The notes under the pieces: model-generated | Databases searched by the model: none | The model's input: the letters and a program-made list of their open reading frames with translations, nothing else | Told to the model about the DNA's origin: nothing | Shown: positions 20,229-29,095 of the stretch, in pieces | How positions within the stretch are numbered: position 1 is the stretch's first letter | Layout of the letters: the number at the start of each line of letters is the position of its first letter | Assembly: GCA_965203325.1 (NCBI GenBank) | Contig: OZ241875.1 | Span: 4,320,001 to 4,384,000, forward strand | Source of the DNA: a bacterium | GTDB taxonomy: Bacteria > UBA8248 | Direction: 5' to 3' | Length of the DNA: 64,000 nt | Position numbers and translations under genes: made by a program

Positions 20229-20924
20229 ATGGGCCATGACGAGCGGAGAGCGTTCGGGTGGTTGCCGGTTGTAGCCTTGTGCGTCCTTGCCTTCGCTATT
20301 TTTGCGGATTTCTTCATCGCGGGAACCGACAGGCTCCAGGGGCCGCCGCAGCGGATTTTCTACATACACGTGCCATCGGCCTGGGTGGCGTTTTTCGCCT
20401 TTTTCCTGGTGTTCATCTTCTCGATCAAATATCTGGCGAAAAGGAATCCGGACGACGACATCCGAGCGCACGCCTGCGCGGAGGCGGGAGTCGTTTTCTG
20501 CACGCTGGTGCTCATCACCGGGCCCATCTGGGCGCGTCCGGTCTGGGGCGTATGGTGGACGTGGGACGCGCGGCTCACCACCACGCTCATCCTGTGGATG
20601 ATTTACGTGGGCTATCTCATGCTGCGCGCCTACATGACGGAACCCGGGCAAAGGGCGCGATTCGCCGCCGTGATGGGGATCATCGGCTTCCTGAACGTAC
20701 CCATCGTGCATATGTCGGTGGAATGGTGGCGTACGCTCCATCCCAAACCCGTAGTGATGCGCTCGGGCGGGTTAAGGGAGCTGCCCGATTCCATGCACGT
20801 GGCCTTATGGAGTTCCCTGCTGGCCTTTATGCTCCTGTTCGCCTGTTTCGCCAGAAAGCGCGCGCAAATCGAGCGTCTGAGCGCGCGGGTGGAAGAGGCG
20901 CGCGCCGCGCGGGAGGGAGGGTGA
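20229..20924 (+). CDS. ccmC: Heme exporter CcmC
   Basis: RIFYIHVP, TGPIWARPVWGVWWTWDARLT (WWD), WWRTLHP. Confidence 0.94.
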   Translation: MGHDERRAFGWLPVVALCVLAFAIFADFFIAGTDRLQGPPQRIFYIHVPSAWVAFFAFFLVFIFSIKYLAKRNPDDDIRAHACAEAGVVFCTLVLITGPIWARPVWGVWWTWDARLTTTLILWMIYVGYLMLRAYMTEPGQRARFAAVMGIIGFLNVPIVHMSVEWWRTLHPKPVVMRSGGLRELPDSMHVALWSSLLAFMLLFACFARKRAQIERLSARVEEARAAREGG

Positions 20925-21055
20925 TGGGCTACGTGGCGGCGGCGTACATCGTCGTTCTGGGTGGATTTGCGCTTTATTGGTGGACTCTCAAGGCGCGGAT
21001 GGATATTTTGGTGGAGGAGGAGAAAAAACTGAACCCCAGGAGAGATCCTCCATGA
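20924..21055 (+). CDS. ccmD: CcmD-like small membrane protein
   Basis: 43 aa MGYVAAAYIVVLGGFALYWWTLKARMDILVEEEKKL.... Start overlaps the ccmC stop (TGATG). Confidence 0.7.
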   Translation: MGYVAAAYIVVLGGFALYWWTLKARMDILVEEEKKLNPRRDPP

Positions 21056-21540
21056 TGCGTTTTGGGCTCGCCTTGTGCCTGCTGGTCGCCTTGTGTCTCT
21101 ATTCAGTAGCTCAGGCCGCGTCGCCGGGAGCCAAGACCACATTCTCAGAAGTGGCGGGCGCCCTCATGAGTCCGGTGTGTCCCGGGAAACTGCTGCACGA
21201 TTGCCCCAGCAGCGAGGGCGCTCAACTCCGCGAACTCGTGCGCCGCAAGATATTCGCCGGGGAGTCGAAAGAGCAGATTGTCCGGTATTTCGTCGAGGTA
21301 TACGGCAGAGACGTTTTGCCCAAGCCTCCGGCGGAGGGCTTTTATCTCACCGCCTGGCTTCTTCCTTTCGGGGGGGTGTTGGCGGGTTTCGGCGTGGTCT
21401 TCGTTCTGGTGAGGTCGTGGACGAGGCGCCCCGAAGATGCCGGACATGGTGAAGGGCAACGTGAAGTCTCGCAAAAGGCCGCCTCGGACGACCCGCTGGA
21501 AAATCGCTTACAGCGCGAGCTTGGTGATTTCGAGGGTTGA
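21052..21540 (+). CDS. ccmH: Cytochrome c biogenesis protein CcmH/NrfF-like
   Basis: LMSPVCPGKLLHDCPS, GESKEQIVRYFVEVYG, PP..G..AWLLP. Confidence 0.82.
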   Translation: MMRFGLALCLLVALCLYSVAQAASPGAKTTFSEVAGALMSPVCPGKLLHDCPSSEGAQLRELVRRKIFAGESKEQIVRYFVEVYGRDVLPKPPAEGFYLTAWLLPFGGVLAGFGVVFVLVRSWTRRPEDAGHGEGQREVSQKAASDDPLENRLQRELGDFEG

Positions 21541-21571
21541 GCCGCCATACTCCGCAAGTCGAGAGTTTTCA

Positions 21572-22255
21572 ATGAACTATGATCCCAAGAGTGAACTTGC
21601 CAGAAATCTCGATGGCTTCTCCCCGCACCGCCGGAGCATCAAGTGGCGGTTGATTGGGATGGTCATCAGCCTGATCCTGGTTGTCTGGATGATCGTGTAT
21701 TTCGGCAATCAGGCAGAGCAGCCGGCGCAGGAGGCGGAGAGAAAGCAGGCGCAGCTGGCGCCGAAGGAGAGTGAAGGGGATGACGCCGGCTTGTACCGCG
21801 ACATGATTTTTCTCAAACAGGTCAAGCGCACCGATGCCCCGGGTGTATTGCTCAAGACCCTGGACGGGCAGAATCACTCTCTCGCGCAGCATGCGGGAAA
21901 GCTCGTCCTGGTGAATTTCTGGGCGACGTGGTGCCAGCCGTGCATCCGGGAAATGCCCTCGATGGAGCGGCTTTATGCGAAATACAAGCCGAGTGGTCTC
22001 GAGATCGTGGCGATATCGCTGGATCAGGGGAATGAAGATGATGTGCGCGAGTTCGTCGCGAAGCTGAAACTGACTTTCCCCATCGTCCTCGACCCTGAGC
22101 ACAAGGCGAAGGCGCTCTACAAGGTGCGGGGGCTGCCGACGACGTATCTCCTGGACAGGCAAGGCCAGGTAGCCGGCTACGGCGTGGGACCCCGCGAATG
22201 GGACAGCGAGGCCGCCTTCGCTCTTGTAGGTCATTTGCTTGATGAGAAAAGCTGA
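21572..22255 (+). CDS. TlpA/ResA family thiol-disulfide reductase
   Basis: TM anchor, NFWATWCQPC, GLPTT. Confidence 0.9.
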   Translation: MNYDPKSELARNLDGFSPHRRSIKWRLIGMVISLILVVWMIVYFGNQAEQPAQEAERKQAQLAPKESEGDDAGLYRDMIFLKQVKRTDAPGVLLKTLDGQNHSLAQHAGKLVLVNFWATWCQPCIREMPSMERLYAKYKPSGLEIVAISLDQGNEDDVREFVAKLKLTFPIVLDPEHKAKALYKVRGLPTTYLLDRQGQVAGYGVGPREWDSEAAFALVGHLLDEKS

Positions 22256-22259
22256 AGGT

Positions 22260-22847
22260 ATGGAAGCGTCAAAAAGCTCGAGTCCCGACCAGCGAAAGGC
22301 CAAGCGGCTGGCCCTTTCGTTCATCCTGGCCCCGGTGCTGCTGACGCTGCTCTGGGCGGTGGGCGAGCGCCTGACGACAGAACGTGCCGAAGAAGCGCCC
22401 GTGACCAGTCTGGAGATCGGTGCTCAGGTTCCCCCTTTTGAATACCCGCTTCTGGGCGGTGGGAGCGCCTCTCTTGTAAGCCGGAAGAACAAGGTAGTGC
22501 TCATCAACGTGTGGGCCACGTGGTGCGTTCCGTGCCTGGATGAGATGCCGGATTTGCAGCGCCTCTACGCCCGGATGAAAAAAGACGGCGCGCCATTCGA
22601 GATACTGGCGGTGAGCATCGACGCCCTGGGAGCGGACGCCGTCCGGAGATTCGTCGATCGCTTCGGCCTCACGTTCCCGATTCTGCTCGACCCGCGCGGG
22701 AGCATCAAGAAGCTCTACCGCACGACCGGCGTGCCGGAGACGTTCATCGTGGATCGCCAGGGCCGTCTCCTGCAGAAGATCATCGGCGCCCGCAAATGGG
22801 ATGCGCCTGCGATTGTCCAATACCTAAAACAAGCCGCCGGCTCCTAG
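22260..22847 (+). CDS. TlpA/ResA (CcmG-like) thiol-disulfide reductase
   Basis: TM anchor, NVWATWCVPC, GVPETF. Confidence 0.9.
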   Translation: MEASKSSSPDQRKAKRLALSFILAPVLLTLLWAVGERLTTERAEEAPVTSLEIGAQVPPFEYPLLGGGSASLVSRKNKVVLINVWATWCVPCLDEMPDLQRLYARMKKDGAPFEILAVSIDALGADAVRRFVDRFGLTFPILLDPRGSIKKLYRTTGVPETFIVDRQGRLLQKIIGARKWDAPAIVQYLKQAAGS

Positions 22848-22928
22848 GTGGATATCCTGAAGCGTCCAATCTTCGACATCCGGATTTCGCATTCAAGCAT
22901 GGCAATATGACGATCAACAACGAACTAC

Positions 22929-22999
22929 GGGCGGACACACGGGTCCGCCCCTACGGGGTACGCGAATGGTTTCGTAGGGGAGAACCTGTGTGTTCTCCC
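22929..22999. repeat. GTAG-type REP-like inverted doublet
   Basis: gggcggac-acacgg-gtccgccc-ctac ... gtag-gggagaac-ctgtgt-gttctccc, between convergent genes. Confidence 0.75.
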
Positions 23000-23021
23000 G
23001 CATTCGCTTCCATGAAGCGCT

Positions 23022-24125
23022 TCAAAGCTCGAAACCGAGTTCGAGTTCCTCGTTCAGCCTTTGCATCTGCTCCAGAACGGCAGGGGTGATGGGCACGCCG
23101 ATGCGCCTGTTCTCCTCTTCGGCGATCGCCTCCGGTTCGCCGTGAATGTAGATGCGGTCGTGTCCCGGCGCCTTCTTCGCGCCCCGGATGGTCTCGAAGA
23201 GTTTTCCCATGTCGCCGAACATGGCGGATAAGTCCCTGAATCCCGACATCTTGATCGCGCCCATGAAGTGGCCCGTGGCGGATTTCGCCGTACCCGCAGC
23301 ACCCGCCATGCGGCTCTCCAGGCCCGCGCCCGAGAGCACGCCGCACAGAAGCTCGATCATGAGCTGGAGGCCATAGCCCTTGTGGCCGCCGTTCTCGTCA
23401 CCTTCGCCGCCCAGGGGCGCGAGCGGCACCTCGTAGTTCAGGATGCTCTTCTCGTTGAGCGTCGGCGTTCCCATCGAGGAGAGCACCCAGCCTTTGGGGA
23501 CTTCACGGCCTTCGCGCAGGGCCGTCTCGATTTTGCCCACGGCCGTCACGGCGGTGGCCATGTCGAGGTGAAAGTCCGTGCCGCCCGGTCCGCCGGGTAT
23601 CGCCACGCTCATCGGGTTGGTGCCGAAAAGCGCCTCCCCCCCGAATGTGGGGGCGGTGCGGCGTCCGCCGTTCGTCATGCTGATGCCGATGAAGCCCGCC
23701 TCCATCGCCTTTTGGGCCCAATAGCCCGCGTAGCCGAAGTGGCTGCTGTTGCGCACGGTCACGAAGCCGGAACCGTGCCTTTCCGCCATGGCGAGAGCCT
23801 CGTCCATCGCGCGGTTTGAGGCGACGATGCCGATGGCGTCGTCCGCGTCGAGAAGGCCGGTGGTGTCGCTTCCTTTGTGGAACTTCATGTCGGGCCTATT
23901 GTTGAGCACGCCGTTTTCGAGGCGGACCATGAAAAACGTCAGCCGTGCGGCCCCGTGGCTGCGGATGCCTCTCAAATCGGCACTGACCAATACTTTCGCC
24001 ACGAGGCGGGCGTCGTCCTCGGGCACGTCCTTGCTGCGGAATATGGTGTAGACGAACTCTTCGATGACTTCTGCGGGAAAGCGCACCGTGCCTTCGGGCA
24101 GGGGACCGGACTCGACCATGAGCAT
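23022..24125 (-). CDS. Ldh_2 family oxidoreductase
   Basis: ADLRGIRSHG, NSSHFG, FGTNP, LDMAT, GGHKGYGL. Confidence 0.92.
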   Translation of the reverse strand: MLMVESGPLPEGTVRFPAEVIEEFVYTIFRSKDVPEDDARLVAKVLVSADLRGIRSHGAARLTFFMVRLENGVLNNRPDMKFHKGSDTTGLLDADDAIGIVASNRAMDEALAMAERHGSGFVTVRNSSHFGYAGYWAQKAMEAGFIGISMTNGGRRTAPTFGGEALFGTNPMSVAIPGGPGGTDFHLDMATAVTAVGKIETALREGREVPKGWVLSSMGTPTLNEKSILNYEVPLAPLGGEGDENGGHKGYGLQLMIELLCGVLSGAGLESRMAGAAGTAKSATGHFMGAIKMSGFRDLSAMFGDMGKLFETIRGAKKAPGHDRIYIHGEPEAIAEEENRRIGVPITPAVLEQMQRLNEELELGFEL

Positions 24126-24290
24126 CTCCTAAGAAAATGTTGATTTGGCACTGCGAGAAAGTTGCGCCATCTTAGCCCGTCTTTGCGCTTTTCGGGAAGT
24201 CGCGCCGGGGTGCGGTTCGCCTTGCGGGTTGCGCTTTTGTTTTGTCAAAATGCGCTTCTTTTCGGGAATGCTGTCTGGAACAGGGGAGAG

Positions 24291-25346
24291 ATGAACGTGG
24301 CTCGCATAGCGGTGGTGCGCGGAGACGGAATAGCGAACGAGGTCATGCCCGAGGCGGAGGAGACGCTGCGGGCGGCGGCCGGGGCGGCCTCGTTTCCGGT
24401 GGAGTTCGAGTACTTCGACTGGGGGAGCGATCGGTATCTGGAACAGGGCAGGGGGATGCCCGAAGACGGCTGCGATACCCTTCGCGCAAGTTTCGACGCC
24501 GTGTTTCAAGGGGCCATCGGCGACCCGAGGGTTCCCGGTTCGATCGTGCAGGAGGAGGTGATTCTGGGGGTGCGCTTCGGGCTGGACTTATACGCCAACA
24601 TCCGGCCTTGCAGGCTCTACCATGAGGATTTGACGCCGCTCAAGAATAAAGGGGCGGGCGACATCGACCACGTCGTGGTGCGCGAGAACACCGAGGGCCT
24701 GTTCGTGAACGTGGGCGGGTTTTTCAAGCAGGGGACGAAAGACGAGGTTGCCCTGCAGGAAGAGGTTCATACCTACAAGGGGGTGGAGCGCGTCATCCGG
24801 GCGTCGTTCGAGTTCGCGAGGCGCCACAAGCGCAAAAAAGTCACCATGGCGGACAAGGCGAGCGGGCTTCGCTACGCAGGCGGAATATGGCGGCGCGTGT
24901 TCGACGAGGTGCGGGCGGATTTCGGGGATATCGAGTCCGAAGCCAAGCACATCGACGCGGTGGCGATGGAGGTGATTCAGCACCCGGCGGAATTCGACGT
25001 CATCGTCACCAACAACATGTTCGGCGACATTATGAGCGATATCACCTCGGGTCTCGTGGGCGGGCTGGGCCTGGCGCCTTCCGCGAACGTGAATCTCGAG
25101 GGGGTCTCGATGTTCGAGCCGGTGCACGGCACAGCGCCCGACATCTACGGGCGCGGTATTGCCAACCCGATGGCGGCCATTTTGACGGGCGCTTTGTTGC
25201 TGGATCATCTGGGCTGCGGGGCGGGTGGAGCCTCTATCCGGCGCGCCGTGGAAGAGGCCATCGCGCACGGGGAGCGCACGGCGGACATCGGAGGGAGTTT
25301 GAGCACGAAAGAATGCGGTGATGCCGTGAGGAATAGATTGAGATAG
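24291..25346 (+). CDS. Isocitrate/isopropylmalate/tartrate dehydrogenase family protein
   Basis: GDGIANEV, LYANIRP, RENTEG, NMFGDIMSD, MFEPVHGTAPDI. Confidence 0.92.
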   Translation: MNVARIAVVRGDGIANEVMPEAEETLRAAAGAASFPVEFEYFDWGSDRYLEQGRGMPEDGCDTLRASFDAVFQGAIGDPRVPGSIVQEEVILGVRFGLDLYANIRPCRLYHEDLTPLKNKGAGDIDHVVVRENTEGLFVNVGGFFKQGTKDEVALQEEVHTYKGVERVIRASFEFARRHKRKKVTMADKASGLRYAGGIWRRVFDEVRADFGDIESEAKHIDAVAMEVIQHPAEFDVIVTNNMFGDIMSDITSGLVGGLGLAPSANVNLEGVSMFEPVHGTAPDIYGRGIANPMAAILTGALLLDHLGCGAGGASIRRAVEEAIAHGERTADIGGSLSTKECGDAVRNRLR

Positions 25347-25384
25347 AAATACTTACATGGAATTATTCAAGTAGAATATAGGAG

Positions 25385-25750
25385 ATGAAAATGCCGGAGA
25401 AATCAGTAGTGGACGTTCAGAAAGCGGCCTTCAAACCCGTGGATTGGGGGCAGACGAAAATTCTGGTCAGCCCGACCGTGAACGGCTCCGAACACGTGCG
25501 CGTGGGGCTCACCGAGTACGACCCGGCGACTCCGCATGAGCCGCACGCGCACCCCGGGCAGGAGGAAGTCATCTGGGTGCTGAGCGGGCGAGGCTATACG
25601 GAGACGCACGGCGAGAAAATCGACCTCTACCCGGGGGCGGTGGCGTTTATCCCCGCGGGGATGGAGCACAAGACGGCAGCCGTGGGTGAGAAGATGCAGG
25701 CCATCATCATCAAGGGACCGGTTCGCGACGCTGACGGGGTGTTGAGTTAG
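25385..25750 (+). CDS. Cupin domain protein
   Basis: HAHPGQEE...GRG and IPAGMEH cupin motifs. Confidence 0.88.
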   Translation: MKMPEKSVVDVQKAAFKPVDWGQTKILVSPTVNGSEHVRVGLTEYDPATPHEPHAHPGQEEVIWVLSGRGYTETHGEKIDLYPGAVAFIPAGMEHKTAAVGEKMQAIIIKGPVRDADGVLS

Positions 25751-25832
25751 GAGAATCCCGGAAAACCGGGTTTCGTGTGGGTCGGTCGATTTGGAGCAGG
25801 TGAGAGTGGTGTGTCCTTGAAGTAATGGCGTT

Positions 25833-26879
25833 TTATGGCGCGGATATCAAAACCCGCTCGCCTTGAACTTCCAGTTTCGTTCCGAAGGGCTCGTTAAGAG
25901 CTTCCATGACGCCCGTGATTCGGCGGCCCTCGCCCCGATTTGAGGAATGGAGCCTGGGCTTGGAGAATACACCGGCCGTCACGGGGATCAGGTAGGGTTC
26001 TCTCACTCCATTTTTGGTCAGCGCGCACCCGAAAAGGAAGGTGTCGTGCGTTTCGTCGGTGAAGAAGGGGATATCGAAGTCGAAAATCAGGTTCCCCATG
26101 CTGTAGACGATGGGCGCGCCCTTGTGGAATTCGATAGCCTGGAGAACGTGCGGGTGGCCGCCCAAGACGAGATCGGCGCCCGCGTCGACGCTCGCGTGGG
26201 CGATTTCGCGCTCAAAGTCCATTACCTCGTGCGTCATGCTGGTGCCCCAGTGGTGGTTTACAACTACACAATCTGCTTTTTTCTTCAAATTCCTGATGTC
26301 GCGCTTCATGCGCGCGAGATGGGCGGGTTCCGCCCAGGTGTCGATCCGGGGCGGGGTGCCCGGATATTCGGAGAGGTCACGCCAGGGGCGATAGGCCGTG
26401 TGGGCGCGTATGGGGTTCACGCCGGGATCACCCGCTGTGGCCTCGAAACCCCTCGGAATGACGGAGCAATACGCAAGAAAACCTATCGTCAGATTTCCGC
26501 GTTCGATGAGAACCGGCTTTCTGGCCTGCGCGAGATTCATGCCGCCGCCCACGAGCGCAACGCCCAGAGAATCCATGAGCGACATGGTTTCCGCAAAGGC
26601 GTCTTCCCCGTAATCGAGCACGTGGTTGTTCGCAAAGGCCATGACGTCGAAGCCCGCCTCGGTGAGGGCGCCTGCCATTTCCGGCGCGCCGCGCAGAAGG
26701 ATTTTCTCGGGCGCGGGTTTTCCGTCGTGAGAAAGGGGTAGTTCCAGGTTGGCGAAAGAGACGTCCGCTTCCCTGAGCAGGGGAATCAGCCTTCCGAAAG
26801 CGCCTTTCGCCTCCGGGCGGTTGATGGCGATGTCTCCTCCCGCCAGTAGTCTGGGGCTATCTTTAGCGCGGGGAGGCAT
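25833..26879 (-). CDS. CapA/PGA_cap family metallophosphatase
   Basis: GGD, ANLE, ANNHVLDYG, HWG, GGHPHVLQ, YSMGN. Confidence 0.9.
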   Translation of the reverse strand: MPPRAKDSPRLLAGGDIAINRPEAKGAFGRLIPLLREADVSFANLELPLSHDGKPAPEKILLRGAPEMAGALTEAGFDVMAFANNHVLDYGEDAFAETMSLMDSLGVALVGGGMNLAQARKPVLIERGNLTIGFLAYCSVIPRGFEATAGDPGVNPIRAHTAYRPWRDLSEYPGTPPRIDTWAEPAHLARMKRDIRNLKKKADCVVVNHHWGTSMTHEVMDFEREIAHASVDAGADLVLGGHPHVLQAIEFHKGAPIVYSMGNLIFDFDIPFFTDETHDTFLFGCALTKNGVREPYLIPVTAGVFSKPRLHSSNRGEGRRITGVMEALNEPFGTKLEVQGERVLISAP

Positions 26880-26883
26880 GGGG

Positions 26884-27981
26884 CTATTCGGTGAGACAAA
26901 GACCGTGGTCGGGCGTGAAGGAGAGATACACCTTCTGGCCGGTGTCCAGTTCCTCGAAGTGGTCGATTTGCACGCCCACCTCGTGCGGGCCGACCTGGAC
27001 CTGGCAGTCGAGGAAGTTGCCCAGATACACGGTGTCGATCACTTCGCCTTCGATGAGGTTCATCGTCTCGGCCGGTTTCTCGAGGTGCAGCAGGATGTCC
27101 TCCGGACGGATGCTCAGGATGATTTTCGCCCCTACGGGCGCTCCCTCCGCGCCGGTGGCCCTGAGGCGGATGGGGGCGCTGCCGTCGCCCAGGGGGATTT
27201 CCAGGTCCGTCAGTTCCCCGTCGTGGCCGAGCAGCTTGCCTTCCATAAGGTTGGCCACGCCGATGAAATTCGCCACGAACGCGTTCGTGGGTTCGGCGTA
27301 GATGCTTTCGGGATCGCCGATTTGCTGAATCACGCCCTTGTCCATCACCACGACCCTGTCGCTCATGACGAGCGCTTCGGTCTGATCGTGCGTGACGTAG
27401 ATCGAGGTGATGCCCACGTCGTGCTGCAGGCGGGTGAGTTCGATGCGCATCTGCTCGCGCAGCTTGGCGTCGAGGTTGCTCAGGGGTTCGTCGAAGAGCA
27501 CGACCTTGGGGTTGTAGACGATGGCGCGGGCGAGGGCGACGCGCTGGCGCTGCCCGCCGGAGAGCTTGGTGGCGTATCGCTCGGCGAGATGGCCCAGACC
27601 CACGAGGTCGAGCGCCTTCGTCGTTTTCTCCTTGATAGCGGCCCTGGTTTCGCGCCGGATCCTCAGGCCATAGGCCACGTTGTCGAAGACCGTCATGTGC
27701 GGCCAGACGGCGTAGCTCTGGAACACCATGCCCAGGTTTCTCTCTTCGGGCGTCAGAAAGACCTCGTTCGCCACGGAGGTGACGTAGTCGCCCTCGATTT
27801 GGATGTCGCCGCTGTCGGGATGTTCGAGGCCGGCGATGCACCTGAGCGTCGTGGTTTTGCCGCAGCCCGAAGGCCCCAGCAGGGTGACGAACTCACCCTG
27901 TTCGACGGAGAGGTCGACTCCCGCCACGGCCACTTCGGGCCCGAATGATTTAACCAGTTTTGAGATTTCGACGAATGACAC
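26884..27981 (-). CDS. ABC transporter ATP-binding protein (PotA/FbpC-like, TOBE)
   Basis: GPSGCGKTT, FQSYAVWPH, LSGGQRQR, DEPLSNLD. Confidence 0.93.
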   Translation of the reverse strand: MSFVEISKLVKSFGPEVAVAGVDLSVEQGEFVTLLGPSGCGKTTTLRCIAGLEHPDSGDIQIEGDYVTSVANEVFLTPEERNLGMVFQSYAVWPHMTVFDNVAYGLRIRRETRAAIKEKTTKALDLVGLGHLAERYATKLSGGQRQRVALARAIVYNPKVVLFDEPLSNLDAKLREQMRIELTRLQHDVGITSIYVTHDQTEALVMSDRVVVMDKGVIQQIGDPESIYAEPTNAFVANFIGVANLMEGKLLGHDGELTDLEIPLGDGSAPIRLRATGAEGAPVGAKIILSIRPEDILLHLEKPAETMNLIEGEVIDTVYLGNFLDCQVQVGPHEVGVQIDHFEELDTGQKVYLSFTPDHGLCLTE

Positions 27982-27993
27982 TCTGTTTATCCT

Positions 27994-29091
27994 CTAGGGT
28001 CTGACGGCCAGCGTATGGTCGGGGTCGAGGCGCACGTACACCTTTTCGCCCACGCGCAGGCGCTCTCTCGAATGCGCCAACACCTTCCACTCGAATTCTC
28101 CCCACTTCACGCGGCAGTCGAGGCAGTTGCCCAGAAAGACGGACTGAATCACCTCGCCCTCGATCCTGGGGCCGTCCATGGGCTCGCGCGATGCGTCCAC
28201 GTTCTCGGGGCGAACGGAGAGATAGGCCTCGTCGCCCTCCGAGAGGCCGTCGGCGAGCAGGCAGGGGAGTTGCACGTTGTCATCGCCCTGGGAGATTTCG
28301 ATGGTACCGGCGCCCCCGCCGCCGTTTCCGACGATGCGGCCTTCGGTCAGGTTCGCCACGCCGATGAAATTGCTCACGAACTTGTTGACGGGCCGCGCGT
28401 AGATGTTATGGGGGCCGCCGGTTTGTTCGATGTGTCCCTTGCTCATCACAATAATCTCATCGCTCATCACGAGGGCTTCCGCCTGGTCGTGCGTCACGTA
28501 GATCGAGGTGATGCCGATTTCGTGCTGGATACGCTTGAGTTCGACGCGCATCTGCTCCCTGAGTTTCAGGTCCAGGTTGCTGAGCGGCTCGTCGAAGAGC
28601 AGAAGGCGCGGCCGGAAGACCATCGCGCGCGCGAGGGCCGCCCTTTGCTGCTGGCCGCCCGAGAGCTGCGTGGCGTTTTTGTCCGCCATGTCGGTGAGGC
28701 CGACGATCTTGAGCGCCTCGGCGACGCGATCGTCGATCTCGGATTGCGCCATGTTGCGTATCTCGAGCGGGTAGGCCACGTTCTGGGTCACGTCCATGTG
28801 CGGCCAGATGGCGTAGCTTTGGAACACCATGCCGATGTTGCGCTTCTCCGGCGCGGTGTTGACGCGTTTTTCTATCGAGGTGACCGGTTCCGAACCGATG
28901 CGAATCTCGCCCGCATCCGGTTTGTGGAGGCCGGCGATGCACATGAGCGTCGTGGTCTTCCCGCAGCCCGAGGGACCGAGCAGGGTGAGGAATTTCCCCT
29001 CCGGAATGCCGAAGGAAATGCCGTCCACGGCGCGGTCGTCGCCGAAGTATTTGACGAGATGGTCGACCTGGAGATAGTTGTTTTCGCTCAT
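27994..29091 (-). CDS. ABC transporter ATP-binding protein (PotA/FbpC-like, TOBE), second paralog
   Basis: GPSGCGKTT, LSGGQQQR, DEPLSNLD. Confidence 0.93.
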   Translation of the reverse strand: MSENNYLQVDHLVKYFGDDRAVDGISFGIPEGKFLTLLGPSGCGKTTTLMCIAGLHKPDAGEIRIGSEPVTSIEKRVNTAPEKRNIGMVFQSYAIWPHMDVTQNVAYPLEIRNMAQSEIDDRVAEALKIVGLTDMADKNATQLSGGQQQRAALARAMVFRPRLLLFDEPLSNLDLKLREQMRVELKRIQHEIGITSIYVTHDQAEALVMSDEIIVMSKGHIEQTGGPHNIYARPVNKFVSNFIGVANLTEGRIVGNGGGGAGTIEISQGDDNVQLPCLLADGLSEGDEAYLSVRPENVDASREPMDGPRIEGEVIQSVFLGNCLDCRVKWGEFEWKVLAHSRERLRVGEKVYVRLDPDHTLAVRP

Positions 29092-29095
29092 CGTC

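Noticed and set aside
25833..26879. Poly-gamma-glutamate capsule locus
   Set aside because: Only a CapA-family domain is present, with no capB/capC in the window.
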